Positions 1 to 8,567 of a DNA stretch of 64,000 nt are shown here, in pieces. The position numbers and the translations under genes were made by a program. The notes under the pieces are model-generated. The model did no database searches and had not been told where the DNA came from. It saw only the letters and a list, made by a program, of their open reading frames with translations. Within the stretch, counting starts at the first letter, position 1, and each line of letters begins with the position of its first letter. This DNA comes from a virus, in the IMG/VR virus record IMGVR_UViG_3300044691_000347, positions 27,378 through 91,377 of that record; one strand, 5' to 3'.

Positions 1-252
1 AAGGGCTTTCGCGATACCCGCGAGCAGTCGCCCCGACACTAGGATTCGCCCAACCGTGTCGATCTCGGCTGCCACCCGCATTTGTGTCGACACCTCATAG
101 TCGAAGCCGGACACAGTCAACCCGTTGTCGTCGGCGACGATCAGAACACCCGCGAGCACGGGTACAGGCGGTCGAGCTGGAAGGCTGCGCGCCACCCAGT
201 TGACGGCGTCCGCGAAATCATCCCGTGCGATACGAAACTTGATGCCAGTCAT
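1..252 (-). CDS. dnaN: DNA polymerase III beta sliding clamp, 5' part (runs off the window edge)
   Basis: Hand translation [77 protein letters not shown] matches the actinobacterial DnaN N-terminus. ATGA overlap with the upstream gene. Absent from the ORF track. Confidence 0.92.
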   Translation of the reverse strand, partial: MTGIKFRIARDDFADAVNWVARSLPARPPVPVLAGVLIVADDNGLTVSGFDYEVSTQMRVAAEIDTVGRILVSGRLLAGIAKAL

Positions 253-485
253 CGTGTTTTCTCCGTTACTTTCCATGCGGTGATGTGGTGCCAGCGTTCT
301 TGTACAGCGACCTGATAGCCCGCTTCGGTGAGTTGTCGCCGCTCAGACCAGACATGCGACGAGTCCGTGAACCGGAAAAACTCTTCACCGGTTGCAGGAT
401 CTCGGTAGACGATCCGGAATTCGGGGCGTTGGGTCTCCATTTCGCCGGCGGGTGGGATCCAGGGCTCAAGGTTGTCAGGCGGCAT
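249..485 (-). CDS. hypothetical protein
   Basis: MPPDNLEPW... tightly packed between RuvC and dnaN. Confidence 0.65.
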   Translation of the reverse strand: MPPDNLEPWIPPAGEMETQRPEFRIVYRDPATGEEFFRFTDSSHVWSERRQLTEAGYQVAVQERWHHITAWKVTEKTR

Positions 486-1035
486 GGGTTGCCTCCGGGA
501 GTGAAAGTTTGTCCAGTGCAGCAAGATTCGCCACAGGCATAGGATCATCAATGGGTTCTCCGATGAGACGACATCCGATTGCCGCGAGGGTGAGCGCGTC
601 AGCCTCGTCGTTGCCGTTGATGTCGAGATCCGGGTATCGGCGCACGACTGCGGCAAGAACAGCGTCCTTGCCTGCGTTGCCTTTCCCTGCCGCATACTTC
701 GCGCGCACGGTCGGAGGGACCGGGATGACGGTTCGGGTCGTACCTGCGAGGAGGTCATACGCTATCCACCACAGGCCGGATCGGTCGTGCTGGTGTCCGG
801 TCGTGGATGCGTAGGAGGGCGCTTCGAGAACCACCAGGGCGCATTCCGGGATGACAGGCAAGATGTTCAGGGCGAGCGTGGTGATGCGCTTGTGCCGCTG
901 CTGCCAGGTCGCGTCAGTCTTGCCCGCGGATTTGATGGTGGCTGTCCACACGTTCGGGTCGCCAGGTTTTGTGATCGCGATCCCGGTTGAGGTGAGCGAC
1001 AAATCAAGGCCGACAACGGTTTCGAAAGCGATCAC
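475..1035 (-). CDS. RuvC-like Holliday junction resolvase
   Basis: VGLDLSLTSTG, VVLEAPSY, KYAAGKGNAGKD and NDEADAL motifs. Confidence 0.9.
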   Translation of the reverse strand: MIAFETVVGLDLSLTSTGIAITKPGDPNVWTATIKSAGKTDATWQQRHKRITTLALNILPVIPECALVVLEAPSYASTTGHQHDRSGLWWIAYDLLAGTTRTVIPVPPTVRAKYAAGKGNAGKDAVLAAVVRRYPDLDINGNDEADALTLAAIGCRLIGEPIDDPMPVANLAALDKLSLPEATHAA

Positions 1036-1292
1036 AGCGGCGTCACCCATTCGGCAGACTCGAAGGTCGAAAAGAATCGCATACAGTGGCTACATTTGCG
1101 GCCGCCATGGTTAACCCAGATAGATCTGTCGTAGGCGACGCATCCGGCACACGCGAACTTGGCTTTGCATCCGTGTATATTGACCCAGAACTGAGCGGCT
1201 GGCGGAACATTCTTATGCAGCGTTCCTTCGCAGGCGGGCGTGTGGTCCAAGTGTTCGATACTGTCGACCTGCTCAATGGTTTGAGTGCTCAT
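1032..1292 (-). CDS. Cys-rich hypothetical protein
   Basis: CxxC pairs; 4-bp overlaps on both sides. Confidence 0.65.
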   Translation of the reverse strand: MSTQTIEQVDSIEHLDHTPACEGTLHKNVPPAAQFWVNIHGCKAKFACAGCVAYDRSIWVNHGGRKCSHCMRFFSTFESAEWVTPL

Positions 1293-1615
1293 GCTGCCCG
1301 CTCTTGATAGATAGGTGACTTGGTTGTGTGCCAGTGTTGTCCGGATGGGCATTCGTAGACACGTGACGGGCGCGGCCCGGGTGCCGTATACCGCAAGAAC
1401 TTGTTGATCGCGTTGCGGGCTTCGAACTCGCTGCCGTACGCGGTTTTCTTCGGTGTCGGGCAGGCAGGTCGGCTCGCGTTGATCACATGCTGGTAGATGG
1501 CGACGAGGACATTGGCCTGGTTGCTTTTCGATTCGGGGTGCCCGCACAAGCAATGCGCAACCCAAGAGCCACGCCCAACATGTCGGACTTCGGTGATGCG
1601 ATGAACGTCGGTCAT
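1289..1615 (-). CDS. hypothetical protein (Cys/His metal-binding motifs)
   Basis: CPTPKKTAY...VYECPSGQHWH; translational coupling. Confidence 0.7.
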   Translation of the reverse strand: MTDVHRITEVRHVGRGSWVAHCLCGHPESKSNQANVLVAIYQHVINASRPACPTPKKTAYGSEFEARNAINKFLRYTAPGPRPSRVYECPSGQHWHTTKSPIYQERAA

Positions 1616-1941
1616 CTGGTCGGCACCTCCCGCAGCGTGCCATCCTTGCAACGCCATTTCGTACGCCAGCCGACGATCAGACGGGCCTCCGCGATCGTTC
1701 TGGGCCAGTAATCAGCGATAAACTCTGGGGAGATTCCCTCGTCCAGTTGGGCGGAATAATCGAAGTGGACCATTCGACACATAGCATCACAATGAACGCA
1801 CTGTTTCCAGGTGTAGATGTGCCCGTCGTAGATGTTGCGCTGATACTCGTACATCTCGCCGGGGTCGATCGTCCTGGAGCACAGCGAGCATGTGTGCGGC
1901 TTGCGTGCCTTGCGTTTCCCTGAGTCCAGTGACTCAATCAT
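1612..1941 (-). CDS. putative Zn-binding hypothetical protein
   Basis: RKARKPHTCSLCSRTIDPGE...CVHC. Confidence 0.75.
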   Translation of the reverse strand: MIESLDSGKRKARKPHTCSLCSRTIDPGEMYEYQRNIYDGHIYTWKQCVHCDAMCRMVHFDYSAQLDEGISPEFIADYWPRTIAEARLIVGWRTKWRCKDGTLREVPTR

Positions 1942-2149
1942 TCGGCATCGCCTTCAGTTCGCCTTTGCCGTGGTGGAAGACGCGGAGGGAGCGGCCCGTT
2001 GGGGACACGTAAATGTCCACCTCCTGCCCGGTATCAGTTTTCACACCGATGCAAACCTGGCCGTCTCGCTCCGTCAGGCGAGTGACTTCCGCTGCGCCCC
2101 ATTTAAATCCGTAGACGGTACGCTCAAAATGGGCTTTACGGGTTCCCAT
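1934..2149 (-). CDS. hypothetical protein
   Basis: ORF track; operon packing. Confidence 0.65.
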   Translation of the reverse strand: MGTRKAHFERTVYGFKWGAAEVTRLTERDGQVCIGVKTDTGQEVDIYVSPTGRSLRVFHHGKGELKAMPND

Positions 2150-2345
2150 TGCGCACCTTCCGCACCCGCACTTCGCCGACGACGAGTTCTGTTGAGGTGC
2201 GGAATGCGCCCGGATTGAGGATGATCAGATCGCGGGCGTGACCGACGGCTTCTCCTATACTGGCGTCGTCATGCAGACGCGTCGACGCCAACTGAAGCGA
2301 GTCACCGTTTTTCACGAGCACGACCAAGCCGACACGGTCACTCAT
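2136..2345 (-). CDS. hypothetical protein
   Basis: MSDRVGLVVLV start within a track ORF; operon packing. Confidence 0.55.
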   Translation of the reverse strand: MSDRVGLVVLVKNGDSLQLASTRLHDDASIGEAVGHARDLIILNPGAFRTSTELVVGEVRVRKVRNGNP

Positions 2346-2511
2346 TCTCAGCCAACTCCTCTGCGGCATCCTTGATAGCCCTCTCCAAAATGTCGTAATG
2401 CATTTCTCGGGAGCACAAAGCGCCGTAATCGCCGGGATGCAAATCATCATATTGTCTAGAGGCTGCAAGGTAGAGTGCAGCCGATATGACGTGCTCGACC
2501 TTGTCACGCAT
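2338..2511 (-). CDS. small hypothetical protein (57 aa)
   Basis: Hand translation MRDKVEHVISAALYLAAS...; fills a gap with overlaps. Confidence 0.55.
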   Translation of the reverse strand: MRDKVEHVISAALYLAASRQYDDLHPGDYGALCSREMHYDILERAIKDAAEELAENE

Positions 2512-2950
2512 CTTTGCCCTCCAGCATCGCGCGCACTTCGCCGGCGAGGTCGTATCCGCTCCACTCGTCCCACTTGTCGATCAGCTTCAACGCTTTCGCG
2601 ATCCGTTCCCGGTCCCGCTGCTGCCTGGCGGCGATAGCGACATAGTTCGTCTCGGTCTCGATCCGCAGGTCGGACAATTCCATATGCGCCTCATCGCGTT
2701 CACGCTCGACGGCCTCCAGCCCATCCAGCAGGGCGGGGAGGTTGTTGCGCGCCCACACGATGAGGTCGGTGTTCGCGTCGCTAAGAGCGGTGTCGTCGAT
2801 GTCGCAGGTTTCAGCTACCCAGACCCGCAATCCGGTGCGCTCGTCGTATGCGTTAGCCCGGTAGATCTCGGTAGAGTCGCCCTCCCAAGGTCCGGGCGTA
2901 GCGGCAGCCACCTTCTGGCGCCCTTCAGCGATCAGGTCACGGTCAGGCAT
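2504..2950 (-). CDS. Ead/Ea22-like phage protein
   Basis: AATPGPW...DANTDLIVWARNNLPALLD motif followed by a coiled coil. Confidence 0.65.
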   Translation of the reverse strand: MPDRDLIAEGRQKVAAATPGPWEGDSTEIYRANAYDERTGLRVWVAETCDIDDTALSDANTDLIVWARNNLPALLDGLEAVERERDEAHMELSDLRIETETNYVAIAARQQRDRERIAKALKLIDKWDEWSGYDLAGEVRAMLEGKDA

Positions 2951-3200
2951 TGCACCACTCCAAGAACTCGTTGTAGACGCTGTCATTGATGCCGTAGTTG
3001 CACTTGAGCCAGACGTCATACCGGACCTGTTGAGTCGACTCCGCTTCCAGTTCGGCGATGCGGGCGCGGGCGGCAATCAGCTCAAGAGCCATCGGCTTAG
3101 ACCAGGTGCCAGGATTGTCAGCGACACCGCGCAGCAGGTCATCAGGCAGCGGGTTCGGGTATTCGTCAGCCCAGTGACCGCGAATCTCGTTGTCAGACAT
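2943..3200 (-). CDS. hypothetical protein
   Basis: ORF track; operon packing. Confidence 0.65.
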   Translation of the reverse strand: MSDNEIRGHWADEYPNPLPDDLLRGVADNPGTWSKPMALELIAARARIAELEAESTQQVRYDVWLKCNYGINDSVYNEFLEWCNA

Positions 3201-3510
3201 CCTTCACCCACTTCGTGACCGTGATGATCTCCTCGACGGGGCGCACAAGCGTCAGTTCGACGGCATGCTGCCCACCACCAAGTTCTGCCGGTCCGTAAGA
3301 CTCCTGGCTCTCGGTCGAGCCGACCTGGTGTTCCCACCGATAGTGTTGACCGCTGGGACCTCGGGTGATCTGGTGCCAGATCGTGTACCAGCGCTCGGTT
3401 TCTCCACGGATTTCCGCGACGGTTTCAAATCCTTCGCAGGTGTCACCCACCTCGATCAGAGCGTCGTAATCCTCAGCAAGAATGGCTGTCAGATCATCAA
3501 TTTCGTTCAT
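3193..3510 (-). CDS. hypothetical protein
   Basis: ORF track; operon packing. Confidence 0.7.
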   Translation of the reverse strand: MNEIDDLTAILAEDYDALIEVGDTCEGFETVAEIRGETERWYTIWHQITRGPSGQHYRWEHQVGSTESQESYGPAELGGGQHAVELTLVRPVEEIITVTKWVKDV

Positions 3511-3671
3511 CGGCTAGGCCTCCATTTCAGTGTGATGCAGCCGATACCACTGCGGCGTACATGTCGCATAACCTTGATGGCTGCCCACAACGAGTTACCC
3601 TCATACTGCGTAAAGTCCTGGTACCCGTTGCCCTGATTAGCCCAGGCGAGCACTTCCCATTCAAAGCCCAT
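3507..3671 (-). CDS. small hypothetical protein
   Basis: Hand translation MGFEWEVLAWANQGNG...; TGATG and ATGA overlaps. Confidence 0.55.
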   Translation of the reverse strand: MGFEWEVLAWANQGNGYQDFTQYEGNSLWAAIKVMRHVRRSGIGCITLKWRPSR

Positions 3672-3949
3672 CAGCGGCGCACTTCGACGATGACAGCCCC
3701 ATGACGCTCGATCGCTTCAATCAGATCCCCGCACGCCGCCTGCAAATCGGCATCATCTGTGGCGATCCGGACGCCGTGCAGAAACGGAACGATCTCCAGG
3801 CCCAGCCGATGACCGGTCTGGAGATATCCGTCATCAAAATAGGTGTCTTGACTCTTGAAATAGGCTTCGAGGGTGTACGCCAGATCGAGATCCAGCCCGG
3901 AGCCTTCTGGAGGCGAAACGTCGGGGGTGTACGAGAATGTGCGGCTCAC
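3671..3949 (-). CDS. hypothetical protein
   Basis: ORF track; overlaps. Confidence 0.65.
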   Translation of the reverse strand: MSRTFSYTPDVSPPEGSGLDLDLAYTLEAYFKSQDTYFDDGYLQTGHRLGLEIVPFLHGVRIATDDADLQAACGDLIEAIERHGAVIVEVRR

Positions 3950-4104
3950 CGGTTGTTCCTCCGTGACTGGCGCGCCACCTTGTTGCGGGCGCGGCGTCGA
4001 GCTTTCACATGCTCGGGAACGGTGCCCTCATACATGCGCATCCCCTGAAGCCTTTTGAGGATGCCTTGCGCCCAGGACGTTTCGTACGGGTTCGTCTCGC
4101 TCAT
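3946..4104 (-). CDS. small basic hypothetical protein
   Basis: Hand translation MSETNPYE...YEGTVPEHVKARRRARNKVARQSRR. Confidence 0.6.
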   Translation of the reverse strand: MSETNPYETSWAQGILKRLQGMRMYEGTVPEHVKARRRARNKVARQSRRNNR

Positions 4105-4445
4105 GCTGCTACGTCCTCGATAGGGATCAATGTCAATGCTGTCGGGTCGGCTCGTTTTACAGCGTCGTCACCAAAAATTTTGCCGCCCCAAATCCCCGAC
4201 ACCGGAAACCCGTACTGGTTGATCAGCGACTTTCGTAGCGCCAGACATGCCTCCCGCGCGTCACAATTCCCGCACTGCCGCTGCGCCCTCAAACGCCGTT
4301 GATGTGCAGCCATCGTCGATTCACCATCCACATGGTGATCCCACTGCGACGCGCCACGATGCGCTGTCCGCCACTCCTGCGAGAGCTTCGAAGCACACGG
4401 CGCATCCCGGTATGGGTTGTCATCCCCGAACCGCCATCCACTCAC
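4101..4445 (-). CDS. WhiB-family transcription factor
   Basis: C...CGNC-x5-C plus the GIWGG turn motif. Confidence 0.8.
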   Translation of the reverse strand: MSGWRFGDDNPYRDAPCASKLSQEWRTAHRGASQWDHHVDGESTMAAHQRRLRAQRQCGNCDAREACLALRKSLINQYGFPVSGIWGGKIFGDDAVKRADPTALTLIPIEDVAA

Positions 4446-4555
4446 GCACACACCGCCGCAACGATCGGGGCAACCAGTACACCGACGATGACGATCAACA
4501 CGCCCGCGATCACGCCCAGTATCCGCAACACAGCCTGTTTGACCTGTGCTTTCAC
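4442..4555 (-). CDS. small membrane protein
   Basis: GGAGG RBS; single hydrophobic stretch ILGVIAGVLIVIVGVLVAPIV. Confidence 0.5.
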   Translation of the reverse strand: MKAQVKQAVLRILGVIAGVLIVIVGVLVAPIVAAVCA

Positions 4556-4591
4556 TACACACCTCCAACTCAATATCATATCTTAGATCCA

Positions 4592-4609
4592 CTACGATAG
4601 ATCGTATCG
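4592..4609. promoter_or_regulatory. putative operator (TACGATAG-family motif)
   Basis: CTACGATAGATCGTATCG, near-identical to sites at 9852-9893; AT-rich gap upstream of the WhiB operon. Confidence 0.5.
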
Positions 4610-4681
4610 CATTCAGAAGGCGGACGCTACCCCTCAGCTATAGCGAATCCATCCCTGACCCGCCGCAACCGTTCCCGACTG

Positions 4682-4897
4682 TTACTGCTGGTCGTGCGCG
4701 TGCTGCCCGTGCTCCCCCAGAGCGCCCCACACCTGCACCAGTGCACCAACCAACGCTTGGATTTCGTCACGGGTGACAGTCACGGTTATCCCATGGCCGC
4801 TGTTGGAGCTGTAGAGGTTGGCTTTCGCCGGCTGACTGGGATCGGTGTGCGGCATCGCTTGTACGTCGATTTGCGCCCCGGAAACGGTTTTGATCAC
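4682..4897 (-). CDS. hypothetical protein
   Basis: 3' part of a track ORF, GTG start. Confidence 0.5.
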   Translation of the reverse strand: MIKTVSGAQIDVQAMPHTDPSQPAKANLYSSNSGHGITVTVTRDEIQALVGALVQVWGALGEHGQHAHDQQ

Positions 4898-5037
4898 TCT
4901 GTTCGCCCTTGATTCGATAGTTTTACTTGCCGCTGTGATGGCGGGCGATGAGCCACGCAATCCAAGCGACCAGAACAAATAGGGCGACGAGTTCGACCAT
5001 GTCAACCCATGTATCGGAGTGCACTGCGTGTGTCCTT

Positions 5038-5316
5038 TCAGGCTGCGACGGACTGTCGCTGGTGGGCGCGGTCGATCAACCTTTGCAATTCGTCCCGCTG
5101 GTGGGCGCGGTCCTCCTGCAACCGTTCCTGCCAGACGCGGTCGTCGTGTGCAGTCCGGGCCGCAATCAGCTTGTGCAACGCCATCACGTATGCGTTGATG
5201 GCACGCTCCGACTCGACTGATCCGCGACCGTACAGGCCAGTGATACGGTCGGCGGATTCGCTCAAAAACTCGATGTGGGCTGCGGTGTCGCTCGCCCAAC
5301 TCCCTACACAGCTCAT
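5038..5316 (-). CDS. hypothetical protein
   Basis: ORF track; packing. Confidence 0.6.
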   Translation of the reverse strand: MSCVGSWASDTAAHIEFLSESADRITGLYGRGSVESERAINAYVMALHKLIAARTAHDDRVWQERLQEDRAHQRDELQRLIDRAHQRQSVAA

Positions 5317-5693
5317 CCCCGCACCTCACCAATCGGGTATTCGGACTCATCGAAACCGGTTGCGAGAAGGTCGAAGTCGCGCATGTCGTGTGCGACGAGG
5401 ATGTCTTCAAGCCAGTCGATTGCCTGCCGGTTGGTGGCCGTCCGGAACGCGAAATCGGCTTCGTCGGGGATCAAGCCGAGCAGTTCAGCGGCGACCTCGT
5501 CAGTCCAACGAACGGCGCCGCTCCGGAAGTCGAGGACCTGCACGGCGTCGGCGGCCCCGCGATTCTCTAGCAGCCCGTAGTAGCCGTGCTGCCGGATGGT
5601 GATGCCGGCGAGGCAGTTACGCCAGCGGGTCTGATCGAGGTTACGGTTGGCGGATTCGTAGACGTTTCGCATGAGCGGAATGTTGTGTTGCAT
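5313..5693 (-). CDS. hypothetical protein
   Basis: ORF track; packing. Confidence 0.7.
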   Translation of the reverse strand: MQHNIPLMRNVYESANRNLDQTRWRNCLAGITIRQHGYYGLLENRGAADAVQVLDFRSGAVRWTDEVAAELLGLIPDEADFAFRTATNRQAIDWLEDILVAHDMRDFDLLATGFDESEYPIGEVRG

Positions 5694-5977
5694 CAGTTAC
5701 TCCAGAGGTTGTTTTTGATGTCTTCAGCGGCGGCAGAGGCGGCGTCACGGTCGAGGTCAGTGACCCTGTAGACGAGACGATGTAGGGCTATCCCTGCACG
5801 GCGGCTGTCGAGGTCTTCGGCGAAGTCTCGAATCCGGTTGACGAGGATGCGGTACCGGTCGGCGTCATGCTGTAGCGAGTCGATGAGGGTGTTCGCAGTC
5901 GCGTTACTCAGGCTGGTCATGCCTTGGATGACTGCGAGAGTTACGTCGATGCCGACCGGATCAGGTGGCAGAGCCAT
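5693..5977 (-). CDS. hypothetical protein
   Basis: ORF track; packing. Confidence 0.65.
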   Translation of the reverse strand: MALPPDPVGIDVTLAVIQGMTSLSNATANTLIDSLQHDADRYRILVNRIRDFAEDLDSRRAGIALHRLVYRVTDLDRDAASAAAEDIKNNLWSN

Positions 5978-5983
5978 TGGGGT

Positions 5984-6169
5984 TCACCTTGTTTCAGGGT
6001 TGTAGAGGTGCGTGTCGAGTCGGGCGCATCCGCGTGGAGGATCTGCCCAAACGAGTTCGTCGCTGTAGTGCTGTCCGGTCCCAGCCATGTCCATGCATTT
6101 CTGGAACAGTGCGTGGGCGTCGTCGCGGTTGTGGGCTGCGATGTAGACGCTGATCCCGTTGTTGGCCAT
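5984..6169 (-). CDS. hypothetical protein
   Basis: ORF track; RBS-like GGAGAG. Confidence 0.55.
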   Translation of the reverse strand: MANNGISVYIAAHNRDDAHALFQKCMDMAGTGQHYSDELVWADPPRGCARLDTHLYNPETR

Positions 6170-6175
6170 CTGATG

Positions 6176-6328
6176 TCAGTTCTCTCCCTGATAGCTGCAT
6201 CCGCAGCTGGCCCATTCGCTGTCGATGATGTGGAAGTAGTGGTCGCGCGCATCGGCGTGCTGTCCCATAGCCCAGTTCAAGAGCCAGTCCAGGGCGTTAT
6301 CGTCGGCGGCTTGGTCTTTCTTGTTCAT
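6176..6328 (-). CDS. small hypothetical protein
   Basis: CAGGAGAG RBS before MNKKDQ. Confidence 0.55.
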   Translation of the reverse strand: MNKKDQAADDNALDWLLNWAMGQHADARDHYFHIIDSEWASCGCSYQGEN

Positions 6329-6555
6329 TGCTCTCCTGGTTTGGTAGAGGCGGCGGCCCGAAAGTCTCTTGGGGCGTTTCGGGCCGCTGCCCCTCCTCCC
6401 GATCTGCCGACATGCTCCGCAATAATGGGGTGGCCTGTCGATCAGCCGGGAAGGCTTTCTAAATGGGGTCACCGGGGGCAGTTTGGAGACACGCGCGCCC
6501 AATCCGGCCTTGGTGCGCTACCCCCGGTCGTTACCGGTCGGTCGACCCCTGCTAT

Positions 6556-6822
6556 TTATGCGGCGGCGTCCAGGACGTCTTGGGTGGCTTCTAATTCCCA
6601 GTCGGCGACGTCTTCCCACACGCCTGCCTCATAGCGGCGAACTCCCATGTGGTGGCTGACTTCTCGCCTCACACCGTGGACAGTTTCGTAAGCGGTTGTC
6701 GCTTCGATCGCAGCCAACACCGCGAGGGCTTCGGCCATGTTGCGGACGTGGATCCGGACGGCGCGGCGAGGCGGGTCAGCGGTGTACCACACATACAGGT
6801 CGTGCGTCTTCGGGGCGGTCAT
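6556..6822 (-). CDS. hypothetical protein
   Basis: MTAPKTHDLYVW; ATGA overlap. Confidence 0.6.
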   Translation of the reverse strand: MTAPKTHDLYVWYTADPPRRAVRIHVRNMAEALAVLAAIEATTAYETVHGVRREVSHHMGVRRYEAGVWEDVADWELEATQDVLDAAA

Positions 6823-7019
6823 GACAACCACTTCGGGCGCTGAATCGTCCACGGCTGGAAGCGTTGGCGCTCATAGGTTGCGAGCTCGACCGCGTAGTCA
6901 AAGGCTTCACGCCAGGTCTTCCGCATCCCGTAGAACTCGTATTCCTCGCCCGGTCGCCCAGCTGTGATAGCCCAACGATTCGAGCGGTACTCGCGGAAAA
7001 CGAAGAAGCGCAACATCAC
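6819..7019 (-). CDS. hypothetical protein
   Basis: ORF track; overlaps. Confidence 0.6.
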   Translation of the reverse strand: MMLRFFVFREYRSNRWAITAGRPGEEYEFYGMRKTWREAFDYAVELATYERQRFQPWTIQRPKWLS

Positions 7020-7972
7020 GGCAGCACTTCCATGAATCCGATGAACCGGGCGTCGATGGCGTCCGCTGACACGATCCGCTCGACTGAGCCCGGGAAGGTC
7101 TCGAAAAAGAACTGGGTTCCGGTGCTGCCGCGTTGCCAGCGGTACAGATCATCGTCGTCCTCATCGCTGGACGGTCGGAACATCACCCCAAATGGGACTT
7201 CGTCCACTGTCGCCCAAGTCCGCGGCACGGTCAGGCCAACAACTTCAGCCTCCGGAACAGGCTCGCACAGCACTTCCACGAAACCGCGCTCCAGATCCCG
7301 GAATAGGTGCAGCGCATAGAGTGCCCCGCTATCCAACTGGACACAGTGATCGTCCGCCCGCTCGTACACATACTTCGCCGAGACGAGACGGAACCGAATG
7401 CCGACAGGGATCTCAGTCACGCTGTCCCACGTCCGCGGCCCGCGTTCGCCAAAGAGTTCGGAGTCCTCGGTGTCGGCTTGGTCTGCTACCTCGGTGACCT
7501 GTCGGCCGCCGGCGATCCGCCGCACTTCATCCACGGACAGCAGACCGGACAGGTTCGGCGACGGGTCTACCCGAAAATAGCTTCCGGATCGCGTGTACCT
7601 GGTCTCGGAGAATTCGCCGATCCGGACAGTGACGCCTTCCGGGGTTTCGTCGGCGTAAGCCCAACGCCGGGGTTCGTACGCGACCGGGGCTTCTGTTACC
7701 AGCTCCCAAACGCGCGCTGTGGTCACGAAGTCGACTGCGACGACACGGTTCGCGGCACAGAAATCCTGTGTCGAAAGCCCAAACGGGGTCACCAGCTTGC
7801 AGAGCGCGTCGTGATGCAACTGTGCGGCCCGCTCGGTGTCCCATACGAGCACGCACTGACCGTTGACGTCTGCGAACTCGGCACCGCCTGAATACCCTGG
7901 CGTACTGGACAGAAGGCGACCGGCACATATCCGAATCGCGTACTTCGTTGTCGTAGAGCTATTCTCGGTCAT
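7016..7972 (-). CDS. hypothetical protein with three internal PRxW...P.G repeats
   Basis: PRRWAYADETPEGV / PRTWDSVTEIPVGI / PRTWATVDEVPFGV. Confidence 0.8.
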   Translation of the reverse strand: MTENSSTTTKYAIRICAGRLLSSTPGYSGGAEFADVNGQCVLVWDTERAAQLHHDALCKLVTPFGLSTQDFCAANRVVAVDFVTTARVWELVTEAPVAYEPRRWAYADETPEGVTVRIGEFSETRYTRSGSYFRVDPSPNLSGLLSVDEVRRIAGGRQVTEVADQADTEDSELFGERGPRTWDSVTEIPVGIRFRLVSAKYVYERADDHCVQLDSGALYALHLFRDLERGFVEVLCEPVPEAEVVGLTVPRTWATVDEVPFGVMFRPSSDEDDDDLYRWQRGSTGTQFFFETFPGSVERIVSADAIDARFIGFMEVLP

Positions 7973-8229
7973 GCCTGGTCTCCGTCGATGATGTTGTTGA
8001 TCATGTCGAGCGCTTTCGTCAACCCCATGTCGTAGCCTTGACGGACCGGGTTTTTGTATGTTCTGGTAGCGGCATCCGACATGGTTGACGTTCGGCGATG
8101 CTTATCAAGCGCGGAAGCGATCTGGGCTCGCAACACGTTCAAGTCGTCGCTGTGTCCACCAGAGCCGATCGGCACCGATTTGCCGTAGTGATCGAATCCG
8201 CCATGACTGCCATAAATGTGTGCGGTCAT
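7969..8229 (-). CDS. hypothetical protein
   Basis: MTAHIYGS; overlaps. Confidence 0.6.
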   Translation of the reverse strand: MTAHIYGSHGGFDHYGKSVPIGSGGHSDDLNVLRAQIASALDKHRRTSTMSDAATRTYKNPVRQGYDMGLTKALDMINNIIDGDQA

Positions 8230-8567
8230 GCCACACCACCTTGGTGGCGTGCGATCATCGCGGCAACCTGATCGGCTGCTTCGCTTTGGTTGTGCCAGCG
8301 CAGGTCGTGTTCGAGTGCTCGCAGTCCTTCGACGATGCTGGGTGTGTTCTGGTTGGTGAGGCGCACGAGTGCGGCGGCGAGCATGGTGACGGCGTCTTCG
8401 TGGCCCGCGTATTCGTTGATGATCAAGGCGAGTTCGGCGACGTCGACTCCGCGGCTGCCGTGCCGGGCGAGGTCGGTGCGCAGTTTGGTCAATGCTGTGT
8501 CGAGGAGTTCGTTGGCGGCTGCCGCATACTGGTCGGCAGCTGCGATCATGTTCGGCTGGTAGGTCAT
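8226..8567 (-). CDS. hypothetical protein
   Basis: MTYQPNMI; overlaps. Confidence 0.65.
   Translation of the reverse strand: MTYQPNMIAAADQYAAAANELLDTALTKLRTDLARHGSRGVDVAELALIINEYAGHEDAVTMLAAALVRLTNQNTPSIVEGLRALEHDLRWHNQSEAADQVAAMIARHQGGVA

Noticed and set aside
1-252. Host chromosome oriC region (dnaA-dnaN) marking a prophage boundary
   Set aside because: The upstream gene is a small phage ORF overlapping dnaN by ATGA, not dnaA, and no DnaA-box cluster is seen.
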